Counted from the first letter of the stretch, positions 26,295 through 44,325 are shown. The stretch: DNA of 64,000 nucleotides from Octopus vulgaris (GCA_951406725.2 OX597815.1:147870001-147934000), one strand, 5' to 3'. A program made the numbers and translations. The notes: generated by a model not told the origin, from the sequence alone.

Positions 26295-26805
26295 TATATA
26301 TATAAAACTGTAGTTGTGTGAGTGTCTGTCCCCTTCGATTTAGATTCCTAACTACTCCCACATTTTGCGGTGCAGTTTAGCCAAATTCGGGTACCTTATA
26401 GACGTGATTCATATCGAGCCCGTCTAAGTATTAGCGCGCGTCTACGATGAGTCTACGATTTTAAAAATAATTTAACATCATTTTTTATTCCATTTTAATG
26501 CATAATTTTTCGTGTGTCGATGGCGGCGGAGTTGGCGTCCTTGGTCACACCTGCACCTGTTTGCTTCTCCCCCTCCTTCCCTCCCTCGTGAAGCTGTGGG
26601 GAAGGGAGTGTAAGGAAATCAACGTCGTAAAGCGTTGTCAAGGAGACCAGCGTTCTTTTAGAACAACGACTTCATGGCTTGAAGACACCAAAACAGAAAT
26701 GGCTAAGAAAACCCGAATTGGCATCTATAAGGGAAGTAACTCTCTAAAAATGCTTATATAGTTATATCCCTTACAAACCCGAGAAACGCCGGGCGATACT
26801 GCTAG
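26295..26805 (+). mobile_element. Non-autonomous Helitron, copy 2 (head-to-tail)
   Basis: Colinear with copy 1, with scattered substitutions and indels; ends CCCGAGAAACGCCGGGCGATACTGCTAG|T. Confidence 0.8.
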
Positions 26806-26829
26806 TATATATATATATACTGATACATC

Positions 26830-28639
26830 TATATCCATACCATCAACCACCTATGCAAATCATAAGGACCACACACCCACTACCAACAAGAAAATCATAC
26901 ACACACAGCTCCATACAAGAACTACCCACATTGTTACCACTGAACAACTTAGAACAATGCAAACATCAAACTTCCCTTACCTCAACATTCCTGTTAAATG
27001 CACGTGGCATCAACCCATCAATTATTGCCCAAAAATGGAAGATCCCATATATAGAGAGTTGGCTTGCCGAAACGGCACATTGTTTCTCTTTCTTTATCCT
27101 TACCGAGACTCACCTGAACAATACCCATATGGACGCCGAGGTGAAAATAAAATATTTCACCATTGTTCGTGCGGATCGCACATACCAAAATAATGGAGGG
27201 ACAGCCATCTTTATCCGTGACTCCTTCTCACTTGATGCCAAGGACATAATCATTGTTGGTATTTACAGGCCTCCCCAAACACCTCTAAAGTGCTTTGAAG
27301 AGTGCCTTAGCAAAGTCAAGTCCTTCCTTCGGAAGTACAACTCCGGAAACATACTAGTGATGGGTGATTTTAACCTCCGTCGTGTGAACTGGCCCACAAA
27401 TACCCTGTAGTCAGACAAATGCTCTACATCAGAGAGAGCAGCAGCAGAACTGCTCTTTAATCTAATGGATGAATACTTCCTGACTCAGCTAGTGCTCGAA
27501 CCAACGAGACAGAATAAAACGATCTTGGATCTGGTATTGACCAATCACTCTAGCTTCGTTCACAGTATTTCAGTTGAAAAAACTCTCCTCTCAGACCACG
27601 ACATGGTACTCTGCAATTTCAATTCCCGACATATAAAAACCAAACCAGCCAATCCCACTCCATGGCACTCATTTGACAACATAAACCTCCACAAAGTGGA
27701 CTGGGGTGCAATCAGAAAGGATCTGTCTTTCATCGACTGGTCTTTTACTCTCAATTCCACTCATATTGAGACCGTATGGCAGCACTTTGAAAACATTGTA
27801 ACCTATACATGCTCTAAACATGCTCCCACGAAATCTACTAACACAAGCAGAAACCGGATCCCTAAAAAGAAAAAAAACACTCATCAGGCGCATCAAAAGA
27901 CTCAACAAAAAAACCAACCAATTAAAATATTCCCACATACAACATCCTCATTCAACAACAATGAAAAGGCTAGAGCTGGAAAAACTTCATCTGCAGAACG
28001 ACGTGAAAACCGCCATTGAAAATCAAATCGAACAGTGGGTAATAAAAAAACATCTGCAGAACGACGTGAAAACCGCCATTGAAAATCAAATCGAACAGTG
28101 GGTAATAAAAAAACATCAAACAGAACCCAAAAGAGTTCTATTCCTATGCAAATAAGCATAGAACCACTGTCTCACCCATTGGGCCATTGATTAATGATAA
28201 CGGCATTCCCCAACACGATGCTAAAGAAATGGCAGAAATACTGCAGAACATACCGCCAACTTTGAACATAAGCTTCCACGTTCATCCAAGACTGGGACCA
28301 CGGGCCATACGTCCCCTGCATAATTCAAGATCACAGAATACATGTACACTACAACATAATTTCTTTTCCTCAACAGGACCTGCCCTATTCAACATTGTCC
28401 CGAAAGAGATCAAAAAGGAACAGGATCCCATCAACTTTAAACGGAGTCTGGATAGATTCCTTCAAGGAATACCAGATAAGCCACCCATAATTGGATACAA
28501 TTCACCCAACAAAAACTCAGTACTTGAATGGACCATAAACAAAACTTGACTTAAACAGGATTCAAATAATCCTATCAGGTGGTGCTATTAAGTTAGACAT
28601 GGCATGGACCAATCATTGGTCGAAATATATCTAAGTTTA

Positions 28640-28640
<1 letters not shown>
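26830..28640 (+). mobile_element. CR1/L2-group LINE with RT core deleted (APE joined to ORF2 C-terminus and 3' UTR)
   Basis: LLNARGI, ILTETHL, RADR..NNGGTAIFI, GIYRPP, VMGDFN, PTR..TILDLVLTN, LSDH. Jumps at ~28250 from KEMAEILQN to IPPTLNI...GPALFNIVPKEIK..FKRSLDRFLQGIPDKP. Confidence 0.9.
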
Positions 28641-32330
<3,690 letters not shown>

Positions 32331-32472
32331 TCTTCTATCTAATTTAACACTGACTCCTTGACCACTCCCCAAAGTATGATATTTTGCGCTATGCCTACCC
32401 CCAAAAAGTCCCCCACCAACACCCCTTTAAACCTCCCTAAATGTATAAATGCCAATACAATTCTTGTTAACT

Positions 32473-32523
32473 AGCTTCCTGAAGATTTCTCTTGAATGAA
32501 ACAGTTCTAGTCCTGTAGAAGCT
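32473..32523 (+). ncRNA. Type I hammerhead ribozyme
   Basis: AGCUUC CUGAAGA UUUCUCUUGAAU GAAA CAG UUCUAGUC CUG UA GAAGCU. Perfect 6-bp stem I, stem III ACAG/CUGU, GUA triplet; stem II short with a U-U closing pair. Confidence 0.75.
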
Positions 32524-32606
32524 CCTTCTATATAATAAATTAATTTTACTCTGCTATGTATTGAGTACCTTATTTACTGTGGTTAACCCCGAATCAACTC
32601 GGGACC

Positions 32607-32644
<38 letters not shown>

Positions 32645-32690
32645 TCAATAAATGGTGGGGTTTTGTTATATATATATATATATATACTTA

Positions 32691-33280
32691 ATTTCTGCAT
32701 TTGGTTTTCAATCTTTTTAATGCGAATTTGTTTGTTGAAGCAAATATTTTTTCCGTCTGATGAGAGTCACTATGTCAATGTAATCAACACACACGCCGGT
32801 GCAATGCTACTCGTTTATTATTAGCGAATTGGTTACATTTCCGCAAACGGAGAAAATGATAGGAGAGAAAAAATTATAAGGCAGAATGATAAAGTGAAAG
32901 TCAATTTTAATAAGAATGGGTATATGGAAAATTAAAAGAATAATAAATTAAAGCTGTTTTCATCGCAAAGCAAACTTACAAGATTTGATAGGGGGAAACG
33001 AAATTTTTTCTAAAATTGAGGAAGGAGAAAAAAGAAATTTGCAATGTTTTTTTGAAAAAAATAGTAATAAACAAAATAATAATACATTGTATATGTTTAA
33101 TATTATTTTTTTTAAAAAAAACCTTGTAAATTTCTTTTTCCCCTACCTCAATTTTGAAAAATTTTTTTTCCCCGTTCAAATCCTGAAAATTTGCGGTTTG
33201 ATAATTTTTTTTATTTTCCATACACCAATTTTTAGTAAAATTTACTTTCAATTTAGCATTCTGCCTTATTATAATTTTTC

Positions 33281-33358
<78 letters not shown>

Positions 33359-33557
33359 TATCTATCTATGTATCTATGTAACTATATATATATATATATA
33401 CTTCATTTCTGAATTTGGTTTTCAATCTTTTTAATGCGAGTTTGTTTGTTGAAACAAATATTTTTTCCGTCTGAGGAGAGTCACTATGTCAATGTAATCA
33501 ACACACACGCCGGTGCAATGCCACTCATTTATTATTAGCGAATTGGTTACATTTCCG
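32691..33557. repeat. 153-bp direct repeats (32691-32843, 33405-33557) enclosing a ~430-bp imperfect palindrome (~32858-33289)
   Basis: Direct alignment of the repeats. GAGAAAAAATTATAAGGCAGAATGATAAAGTGAAAG versus CTTTCAATTTAGCATTCTGCCTTATTATAATTTTTCCTC are reverse-complement homologs. Confidence 0.85.
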
Positions 33558-33859
33558 ATAGTTTTGTGCCTGTTTGTCAAAGCTCTTTTGTTGCTTCTTG
33601 CAACCACTTCAATGACTTTTGTCTTAGTCCGTTATACAGGCCGCGTTTCTTTGTTTTTTTAGCTCTTGTTGCTTGCGTGTGTGTGTTGGAATGTGTCTGT
33701 GTGTTTGAGTTTGTGTGAGTATACACGTGCGCTTGTCGTGTGTGCGTGTGTGTCTATATGTGTCTTTGTATGTATGCTCATGTGTGGAGTGTGTCTGTGT
33801 ATATATTTCTGTCTCTTTCATATTGAACTTTGGTTACAGGCAGTAAATAACTGAGAGCA

Positions 33860-34715
33860 ACAACTCCGCTCCTATTAAACGAAAGCAATAGCTTCTAAAT
33901 ACGTTGTTCCCAAGAACTCAGCCTTGTCACAGAATACGAAAATTAGTATACTAATAACAGACTTAGGATAATGAATAACGTGTCCCCACTTTGCCAACCC
34001 AATGAAACTAGGAAACATATACAGATCTTCATGCACTGCATGCAGTTCTTTGCATATGACCAGAGGAGCTAAAGTGAAATTAGATAACATCAAATCTAAT
34101 GATGGCAAAGGTACTTGTCCTAGATGCAGAGCAAAGACTGGGAAAGCATAAATAGAGTTTCTGTCAAAGGAAAAGCAGTGAATACATGGTACGGGGCTGA
34201 TAAATATCAAAGAGTGATATTTGTCGAGGGCACACTTGTAAGCGTGTGTATAGATAATCGCGTTCTTCCTACGACACAAGGTGTGTTTAATCCTATTTCT
34301 AGCAATATATATGTCTGTGCACCATTAGTCATATTTCGTGACGATTGAATTTTCCTTTATGGTATATTTTTCACCCAGATGTTTATATTAAATTTTGTAA
34401 ATGCGTTAGCATTCCGCCAAATCATCTATGGCTTCCTACAGTAAATACATATATGATGACAGGCGAAATTAGCCGGCACCAGCCGATCGGGTTACTCTCA
34501 CTGATGAAGCGTACGGAAATACGCGAAATTAGACATCTAGTCTGTGAGTATCTCGGTACAGTCCTAGGGAGGTTTACCCCTCTGTCAGTGTGTTTGTATA
34601 CATTTGCACTCTTCCTACAGTACAAGCAGTATGTTACATCTATTTCTAGCAATGTATGTGTCTCGGCACTCTTTATTACATTTAATGATAATTAAAATTA
34701 CCTTTATGTTATTAT
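33860..34715 (+). mobile_element. Decayed PLE 3' end with diverged pseudo-LTR repeat
   Basis: GNIYRSSCTACSSLHM resembles a GIY-YIG start (weak). Diverged direct repeat CTATTTCTAGCAAT... at ~34293 and ~34640 flanks a hammerhead. Confidence 0.5.
34493..34550 (+). ncRNA. Type I hammerhead ribozyme (GUC)
   Basis: UACUCUCA CUGAUGA A GCGUA CGGAAA UACGC GAAA UUAG ACAU CUAG UC UGUGAGUA. Stem I 7/8 paired, 5-bp stem II, stem III with one G-U, GUC triplet. Confidence 0.82.
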
Positions 34716-35103
34716 ATATATATATGTGTGCGTGTATCTGTGTGTGTGTGTGCGCGCACGCGCGTGTGTATGTATGTATATATGTATGTATTACTTTTCT
34801 CGCTGCATAGCATGTTCGTTTCACTTTTTCCGTCTGTGACTCTTATTTTTCATCGTCGATATAAATAAAGATATTTCCTCCGTCTGGCTGCTTTTCTTTC
34901 TATAAAATGAGACGTTACATTGCGGATCTGTTATTTTAACGAGTTAGTTTATTTATCATTCGATGCGATACATCTGTACCGCAGGATGCTCCTGGACTAG
35001 ATGTTGAGTGTTCAAATGGTGAGGGATCGATGCTAGATGTGTCGAAACAACTGTCGTGATTAATAAATTCTCATATGTTCCATCTTCCTTCTTTCATTTG
35101 CCA

Positions 35104-35144
<41 letters not shown>

Positions 35145-38100
35145 CGTAAACTTACTGCGGAATTTCCAAACTTCTGTTATTATTCTACGTTATGGATGCA
35201 TCTATATTGGGACACAACCGCTGCAATTCGTTTTAATGCTTCAATATACCTTATATTCCAGGGGAAGAGACAATTTGAAATCGTTAACTTTGTCGAAGTA
35301 AATTTACCCTGTATGGATTTGCAGGGAAATGAAAAAGAATTTGCTTCTTCAATGATAAAGCAACAAAATGTTCTGGGTTTCTCAACCCTATCATTTTCAA
35401 TATCTAGTTCTTACGTCTGATGCCGATTGAGGCAACGTCGGGACTATGCAGTGATTATTTATTCAGGCTTTTTTGTATCCTTAAGTACCAAGGATCGCAT
35501 TGAGTTCTCTAATATTTTTCTCTTTATACATAAATTCCCGTATCGCGCTTTTGCAATTCCAAACTCTCCTAGTGGATTTATCTTTTTATTGAACGACATT
35601 GTTCATTTCTTGTGTATACAACATTAGTTTAAAATCGTTTTGTTCCATATAGTCATATATTAGTCGATTGGGTACGCATGTTCTCTACAAAAAATAGCAT
35701 GGTTTCTGTTTCTCTTCATTAAGTTATAATGAGATAACTCCTGATAACCACCGTGTCTATCTTGGTAAAAGATACATGAAAACATGTGTCAAAACTGATA
35801 GCTATTTCCAAGGTAGTCTGTATGGCTTTTCTTGGTTGTAGAATGTTTAATGGTTGATATTATACAGCTTGATATTTCCCACTGAGATTTCAGCGAGTTA
35901 TTTTCTCTAGCTTAGATGATAGCATTAAATTATTGCTGGGTGTTTGCATATGATTCTCTTAGATTAACTTTATATCCATTTCGAATGACTTGGTGTGAGG
36001 AAGAGCGTGTTGGAAAATAGCACCGAAAAACTACTGTGGCCCCAAGATATTTCCCTGTATGGTTTCAATAAATATTTGTGCTTCCTTAAAGTACATTCTT
36101 GAATACCCATCTGCACACAGATAATTATACTCGCATATAGCTACATAAATAATTGCACACACAGACACACTCACACACAAATAAAACATACAAACGCACG
36201 CTCACATTTATGCATAATGTGTATACACACAGACACACACGTATTCGCATGCAAAGAATATACACGTGTATGTGTGTGTGTTGGTGGGCTATGTATGTAT
36301 ATGTTTATGTGAATATGTGTGTGTATGCGAGTATATATATTTGAGTATATGTGTAAAGGACAAGACATTTCATGTATCTTAAGTGTATATTTTCGCAAAA
36401 AATATTTCACAATTATTCATATAAATTATCATCCTATTACATTAAGTAAGAAGTGTTGCATGTGTCTGATTACATAACGTATCATACTTAACATTTCAGA
36501 AGTCTCTATTTCGAGAATTATAGTTATCATCAGACGCTATGGAAGGCAGAATCCATCTAAAATTTATAGAATATGGCTACGAGTCATATTCTGTAAATAT
36601 AACATTTCCCGGATCATTTGAATAAGCATAAATTTAGAAATCTTTATATTCAACAGGATGGAATTATGTTCCAAATGAAAGGTAACTTCAAAGGTGAAAA
36701 ACGAGGTTTACAGTGATATAAATAAAATAATGATAAGTTCTCATTGTCTCTCTGCATAAGAAAAGTTAAAATAATCTTCCCTAAAGGCGTTTAATGAATT
36801 TTTATTAATATTATGTAACATAATTAGGGCTGCAAAAAGTGTTTATGCGCCAAAGGAGGAGTGAATAGTCACATTATAACCAACAATAGAAAACAAAAAA
36901 ATCATGATGTGTTATGGTTGTACGTCTTATGCACAGACTTGTAAATCTGGAGCAGATTTTCGCTCAATTGACGTTAAGAAATACAGAATATTTTTGTCGC
37001 AATCAACGTAATGTTATCAGTCACATGTAGTTAATTGTAAAATCTGTTATACATGAGTGTATTGAAAAGCAGACGCGTTTATAATCACATGAGATTTACA
37101 TTAGAAGAAAATCTCTAATTTGTTGAAAATGGAATTAATACAGAAACAAATGGACAAACACACACAAACACACACACACACACACATTTTTGTTACTCCT
37201 CTTTCCTGCTCTCACTTTTCTCTCTTTCACACCCACACATATATCTATATACACATTCCTATTTATAAATACACACACTTACATTATATTTATGTATATA
37301 CGGTGAGAAGTAATGTATGTGTCTGTTTATTCGCGTGTGTACATATTTAAGTGTATGTATAACTTGAGGTAAGCATTTGATTCGGAGAGAAACAACATGT
37401 GAATGGACTTTTTTAGCCCCGAATCAAGTCTGCTCCCTCTGCGTGGTGTTAGGTTGCCCCTCCTCTCATTATTAATGGAAACGGCTAAAGGCTCTCACAC
37501 GTTTTCCAATCAATAATGAACTAGCCAATCCGTTAACCAATGTGACAGGAAGAAAAAATCAAATAGAAACACTGCTTTTATCCAAATATATACTGACGTT
37601 TTTGATATACCCAGATTCTCTCTACATGACAAGTTACGTACAAGTCTTACCCTGAAGTTTCGTACGAAAATAAGTTAGATAAATCGCAGCAGTCTGAAAT
37701 AACTTGGCTGTGGTATGACTATGGCTGAACATTGTACAGAATACTAAATGAATGCCAGAGGCCAACCTTATGCCTTGCATAATGCCATATGTGCAGTGTA
37801 TACAATATGAGATATTTATTAGATTTGTCTATTCCAGCAAATAGTTATTATTTCTGGCAAAGACACAACCAGATACAGGTTACACATATTTAAGTATCTC
37901 TCCATTGATATATCATGTACAGCATATCTTGGTTATGCGAGCCTCTAATATTTGCATAGTCTTTGAAGGTGTGACTCATTCTGATTTTGTTCTATGTTTA
38001 TTGGCAGTGGTGAATAAGTGAGCGTTGGTGGGCATTCAAACAGTCACACACAAACACAAACACATACACCACCACCACCACAACAACAACCCATCAATAT

Positions 38101-38228
38101 ACGCATACACGCACACATATATAAGTAAATATATATTAAAATATACACGTATGCACGTGTATATATGTATATATGTCTATCAATCGATCTATCTATTTAT
38201 CTCTCTCTTTCTTTCCTTCTCTCTCACT

Positions 38229-38264
<36 letters not shown>

Positions 38265-38318
38265 ATACATACATATATATATATATACAAACACACATAT
38301 ATATATATATCGATATAC

Positions 38319-38363
<45 letters not shown>

Positions 38364-38376
38364 TATATTATACACG

Positions 38377-38410
<34 letters not shown>

Positions 38411-38435
38411 AGTATGTGTGCATTTGAGTGTTTGC

Positions 38436-38474
<39 letters not shown>

Positions 38475-39130
38475 TATATTTATCTATACATATATCTATA
38501 CACACACACATATATATGCACACACACACACACACACACACGTATACGCATGTGTGCGTGAGAGGGAGAACGACAGATGGGGAGAGAGAGACGGAGAGAG
38601 GGAAGAAGAATCTATGTGTCGTTATGTGAGAGTTTGTAAGTATGTACAGTTGACAATTTGTTCATATGTATTATACTATCTTAAAAACTTTTCTCGTTGA
38701 AATTCTATGCTAACCCGCATATTTAACGAACTTATGGAATATAAATATTATTGTTTACGTCAAATTTTCAAGTTTTTGTGACGCCTGGAAGCTAATAATT
38801 TATGCAGTTAAGAATGAATGCAGATATTGTTTTGGAGACTCATCATAAGCCACAAAAAGAAACAATGTGTAGACGGCGAGCGTTTAGATTATTTAAGAAT
38901 AATATATATCACGAGGTTTTCAAAATGTGTATGCAGCTAACAAGAAATGCATGTATTTATGTATGGATGTATGCGTGTATATATGTGTGTATATACTAAT
39001 TTTTATATATAAGTGCATATATGCATGTATGTATGTATGTGTTTTTCTCCTTCTCGCTTTCTCTTTGTCTGTCTGTCTCTCCCTCTCACTCTCCCTCTGC
39101 AGATATATGTATATATATATATAAATATAT

Positions 39131-39350
39131 TCTTTTATTCGTTTATTTGTTTCGGTCCTTTAACTGTGACCATGCTGGAGCACCGCTTTTTAATTGAACA
39201 AAGCGCCCCCGAGACTTGTTCTTTGTAAGCCTAGTACTTATCTTATCGGCTTCTTTTGCAGAATCGCTAAATTACGAAGACGTACACACACCAGCATCAG
39301 CAGTCAGAATGTGTGGAACAAATACTGAAACACAAAGACATACACACACG
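39131..39350 (-). mobile_element. 3' half of SINE family A
   Basis: Reverse complement matches 51340-51515 (GCAAAAG..CCGAT..ATAAGTACTAGGCTTACAAAGAACAAGTC..AGCGGTGCTCCAGCATGGTCACAG). Confidence 0.8.
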
Positions 39351-39633
39351 TAAATACATATATACACACATATATATATATATATATGTATGTATATATA
39401 TATATATATGTATATATAAATATTTATGTATATATATTTATATATATATATCTATATATATGTATATATATTTACATATATATACCGATATATATATATG
39501 TATATGTGCATATATATACATATATATACATATACACAGACACAAACAGACACACGCACACACGCATACACGTACACGCACACTCACACATACACAAACA
39601 AATGCACAAACGCGCACACACAGAAAAACACAG

Positions 39634-39729
<96 letters not shown>

Positions 39730-40107
39730 GCATATTTAATGTATAGTTTAGGTTTTCTGAGACTGAAATTTTCTTTCTTTTGTGTGAATAGATAGATGAG
39801 GAGAAAACTTACAAGTGTTAGAAAGTGTAGAAAAAGGAGACAAAAATGGCTAAGAATAAGAAAAATGAAGAACATGAAGAAAAATATACTAGGAATGTTA
39901 TTTCTTTTATTGTTTTCGTTTGTTTATTCATTCCTGTCTTTTGTTGATTTTTTATTATCTATTTATTTCGTCAGCTCTTTCTAGTCATCATTCTACTGCT
40001 TGTTCTTTTCCTTCGTTTTCTGTTCCTTTTAGATCATTGCTCATGTATTTTTCCCTGTTCTGTTAATATTCTCTTTCCTCTAGCTCCTCCCCTTCCTCCT
40101 CCCCCTC

Positions 40108-40192
40108 ATCACCATTTCCATCATCATCATCATCGTCATCGTCATCACCAACACCACCACCACCAGCACCACCAGCACCACCATCATCATCG

Positions 40193-40265
<73 letters not shown>
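40108..40265. repeat. (CAT)n/(CAC)n microsatellite
   Basis: Direct reading. Confidence 0.95.
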
Positions 40266-40778
40266 AAATCAACGTCGTCGACGTTGTCTTGATATCTTTC
40301 TTTCCTTCCAATTCTTCTCAACAACAGGTCAGCAGGAGCAATTTTAGCGGTAGTTTGAAATTATTTTTCAACAAATGACGCCATCTGGTGTATTATGCAA
40401 TAAGAAAACTAGATTAGATCTGAAGTGTGTATTGAATCTGAAGTGGTAAAATATTTGGTTTCAATATACACACCTTACCGTCCTTGTAAGTGTATGACAT
40501 TGCAATGTATTACACTTACCAAATAATGTAAACGTGAAGGTGTGCGCACAGTGTTTATACCACGGTTGCTCATTATAGCATTGCAGACAATTTGAGAGTT
40601 TTATAGCGATACATATGTGAATGGACGCCCAATAAATAACGTAGAACTTCAAATATACATACATACATACATATATATGTATATGTATATGTATATATAT
40701 ATATACATATATATATACATATATGTGTATATGTATAAGAATATATATATATATATATTCTAACTCTCTCTCTATATA

Positions 40779-40866
<88 letters not shown>

Positions 40867-40949
40867 AGAGACAAAACCACTATTTTGCAAAACAAACAAG
40901 GAAAGACTTAATCAATACATAAAATTTTAATAAAAAGTCAAAAAAACCG

Positions 40950-40992
40950 CCACTACAATTGTTTCTTGTCCTAATCGACAATCTTCAGGTGG
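40950..40992 (-). ncRNA. Minimal type I hammerhead ribozyme (left arm)
   Basis: Reverse complement of 44283-44325. Confidence 0.8.
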
Positions 40993-43900
40993 AATTCCAA
41001 TCTAAAATATCAATATTTTAAAATATAAAAATAATAATTTTAAAATAATTAAAGTATTAATGAAAAAATATAAATATATAATCTATATATAACCTATATA
41101 TAATCCATATATAATCAATATATAAACAATATATAAACTAAAATAAACCTTTCAACAATTAAATATAAAATATAAAATATAAAACAAAACAAAAAATAAA
41201 CTATATATACACCCATACACATATAACTAATTATATATAACCATATCTAAATACATACATTAAATAACACACCTATATATATATATCCCTATACCTACAC
41301 ATAAAAACGTCTAGGCAACAATAAATAAATAAAATAGCCAAATACTTCAACACAATACTTATTCATACTCCCTCACACACACATACAACCCACATTCCCG
41401 CTCTAGAAACGGACATCATTTAAAATTATGAATGGAGAAATGGAATAAATGGAATTAAAAATTATATTCACTTGGTAAAACGAACATTACTTAAAAATTA
41501 TGAATGAAACAATGCAATAAAACAACAGACATCGCAAATAGACACAAATTACTACGAATTCCTTAATAAAACTACCATGACAAACCAAAACTCATAAAAA
41601 CATATAATGATAAAATCTCCCTTTACTAAACTCTATAACATACCTATATAGCAATCCCCCTAACCTAAACATTCACACACAAATACACACACGTAAACCA
41701 CACACCCACGACATATACAAATACCCACCTCACTCACACATACCTATACATACATATAAACCTCAACATATACTCCAAAAACCCACTCAACCCCACACAG
41801 ACAAATAAACACATACATCCCCAAACCTATATAGCAAACCCATAAACACATTCACACACAAATATACATACGTAAAACACACACCATATACATATACATA
41901 CTCACTAAACTCGATATATACAACAATATTAACACACCCACACTCATACAGATAAATAAATTACACAACCAAAATACGCACACACTCACACACAATCCCA
42001 CATACATAAACACTCCAAATAAAAACAACATTATTACACATAATACGATATATAATATACATCGTAAGTAACCAGAATATCAAAAATAACAATATGACAT
42101 AAGGAGAAATAATATACATACTTTCAAGTCAGTTTCAAATTATGAAGTGAAATTAAATTCTAAGCCGTTAAAAAACATCAAACCAAAATTACGTTACCAT
42201 AGGAACATAACTTATGTATAAAAAGAATACGCGCTATGGAAGCAAACGTCACTTAAAATTATGAATGGAGAAATAGAATAAATGGAATTAAGAATTATAT
42301 TCACGCGGTAAACTAACATTATTTTAAAAAATTATGAATGGATTCTTTAATAAAACTACCATGATAAATTAAAACTCATAAAAACATAAATGATAAAACC
42401 TCCCTTTACTAAACCCTATAACATACTTATATAGCAATCCCTTTAACCTATACATTCACACACAAATACATGAGTTTTGGTTTATCATGGTAGTTTTATT
42501 AAGGAATTCGTAGTAATTTGTGTCTATTTACGATGTTTGTTGTTTTATTGCATTGTTTCATTCATAATTTTTGAGTGGTGTTCGTTTTGCCACGTGAATA
42601 TTGTTTTTAATTCCATTTATTCCATTTCTCCATTCATAATTTTAAAAGATGTTCGTTTCCAGAGCGGGAATACTTTTTATACATATGTTAGGTTCCTTGG
42701 TAACGTAATTTTGTTTGGTGTATATGTTGAGGCTTATATGTACTTGTGGGTGTGTGTGAGTGGGTGGGTGTTTGTATTTGTTATGGGTGTGTGGTTTACG
42801 TGTGTGTATTTGTGTGTGAATGTATAGGTTAAAGGGATTGCTATATAAGTATGTTATAGGGTTTAGTAAAGGGAGGTTTTATCATTTATGTTTTTATGAG
42901 TTTTAATTTATCATGGTAGTTTTATTAAAGAATCCATTCATAATTTTTTAAAATAATGTTAGTTTACCGCGTGAATATAATTCTTAATTCCATTTATTCT
43001 ATTTCTCCATTCATAATTTTAAGTGACGTTTGCTTCCATAGCGCGTATTCTTTTTATACATAAGTTATGTTCCTATGGTAACGTAATTTTGGTTTGATGT
43101 TTTTTAACGGCTTAGAATTTAATTTCACTTCATAATTTGAAACTGACTTGAAAGTATGTATATTATTTCTCCTTATGTCATATTGTTATTTTTGATATTC
43201 TGGTTACTTACGATGTATTTTATATATCGTATTATGTGTAATAATGTTGTTTTTATTTGGAGTGTTTATGTATGTGGGATTGTGTGTGAGTGTGTGCGTA
43301 TTTTGGTTGTGTAATTTATTTATCTGTATGAGTGTGGGTGTGTTAATATTGTTGTATATATCGAGTTTAGTGAGTATGTATATGTATATGGTGTGTGTTT
43401 TACGTATGTATATTTGTGTGTGAATGTGTTTATGGGTTTGCTATATAGGTTTGGGGATGTATGTGTTTATTTGTCTGTGTGGGGTTGAGTGGGTTTTTGG
43501 AGTATATGTTGAGGTTTATATGTATGTATAGGTATGTGTGAGTGAGGTGGGTATTTGTATATGTCGTGGGTGTGTGGTTTACGTGTGTGTATTTGTGTGT
43601 GAATGTTTAGGTTAGGGGGATTGCTATATAGGTATGTTATAGAGTTTAGTAAAGGGAGATTTTGTCATTTATAGGTTTTTTATGAGTTTTGGTTTGTCAT
43701 GGTAGTTTTATTAAGGAATTCGTAGTAATGTGTGTCTATTTGCGATGTCTGTTGTTTTATTGCATTGTTTCATTCATAATTTTTAAGTAATGTTCGTTTT
43801 ACCAAGTGAATATAATTTTTAATTCCATTTATTCCATTTCTCCATTCATAATTTTAAATGATGTCCGTTTCTAGAGCGGGAATGTGGGTTGTATGTGTGT

Positions 43901-44282
43901 GTGAGGGAGTATGAATAAGTATTGTGTTGAAGTATTTGGCTATTTTATTTATTTATCGTTGCCTAGAAGCTTTTATGTGTATGTATAGGGATATATATAT
44001 AGGTGTGTGATTTAGTGTATGTTTTTAGATATGGTTATATATAATTAGTTATATGTGTATGGGTGTATATATAGTTTATTTTTTGTTTTGTTTTATATTT
44101 TATATTTTATATTTAATTGTTGAAAGGTTTATTTTAGTTTATATATTGTTTATATATTGATTATATATGGATTATATATAGGTTATATATAGATTATATA
44201 TTTATATTTTTTCATTAATACTTTAATTATTTAAAAATTATTATTTTTATATTTTAAAATATTGATATTTTAGATTGGAAGT

Positions 44283-44325
44283 CCACCTGAAGATTGTCGA
44301 TTAGGACAAGAAACAATTGTAGTGG
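44283..44325 (+). ncRNA. Minimal type I hammerhead ribozyme (right arm)
   Basis: CCAC CUGAAGA UUGUC GAUUAG GACAA GAAA CAAUUG UA GUGG. Stem I CCAC/GUGG, stem II UUGUC/GACAA, palindromic ACAAUUGU stem III, GUA triplet. Confidence 0.82.

Noticed and set aside
34985-35025. Possible micro-exon (CAG|GATGCT...AAATG|GTGAG)
   Set aside because: Splice-like dinucleotides alone are common by chance; no partner exons or homology.
36490-36540. Minus-strand CUGAUGA...CUCGAAA
   Set aside because: Stem II does not pair and there is no UH cleavage site with a stem III.
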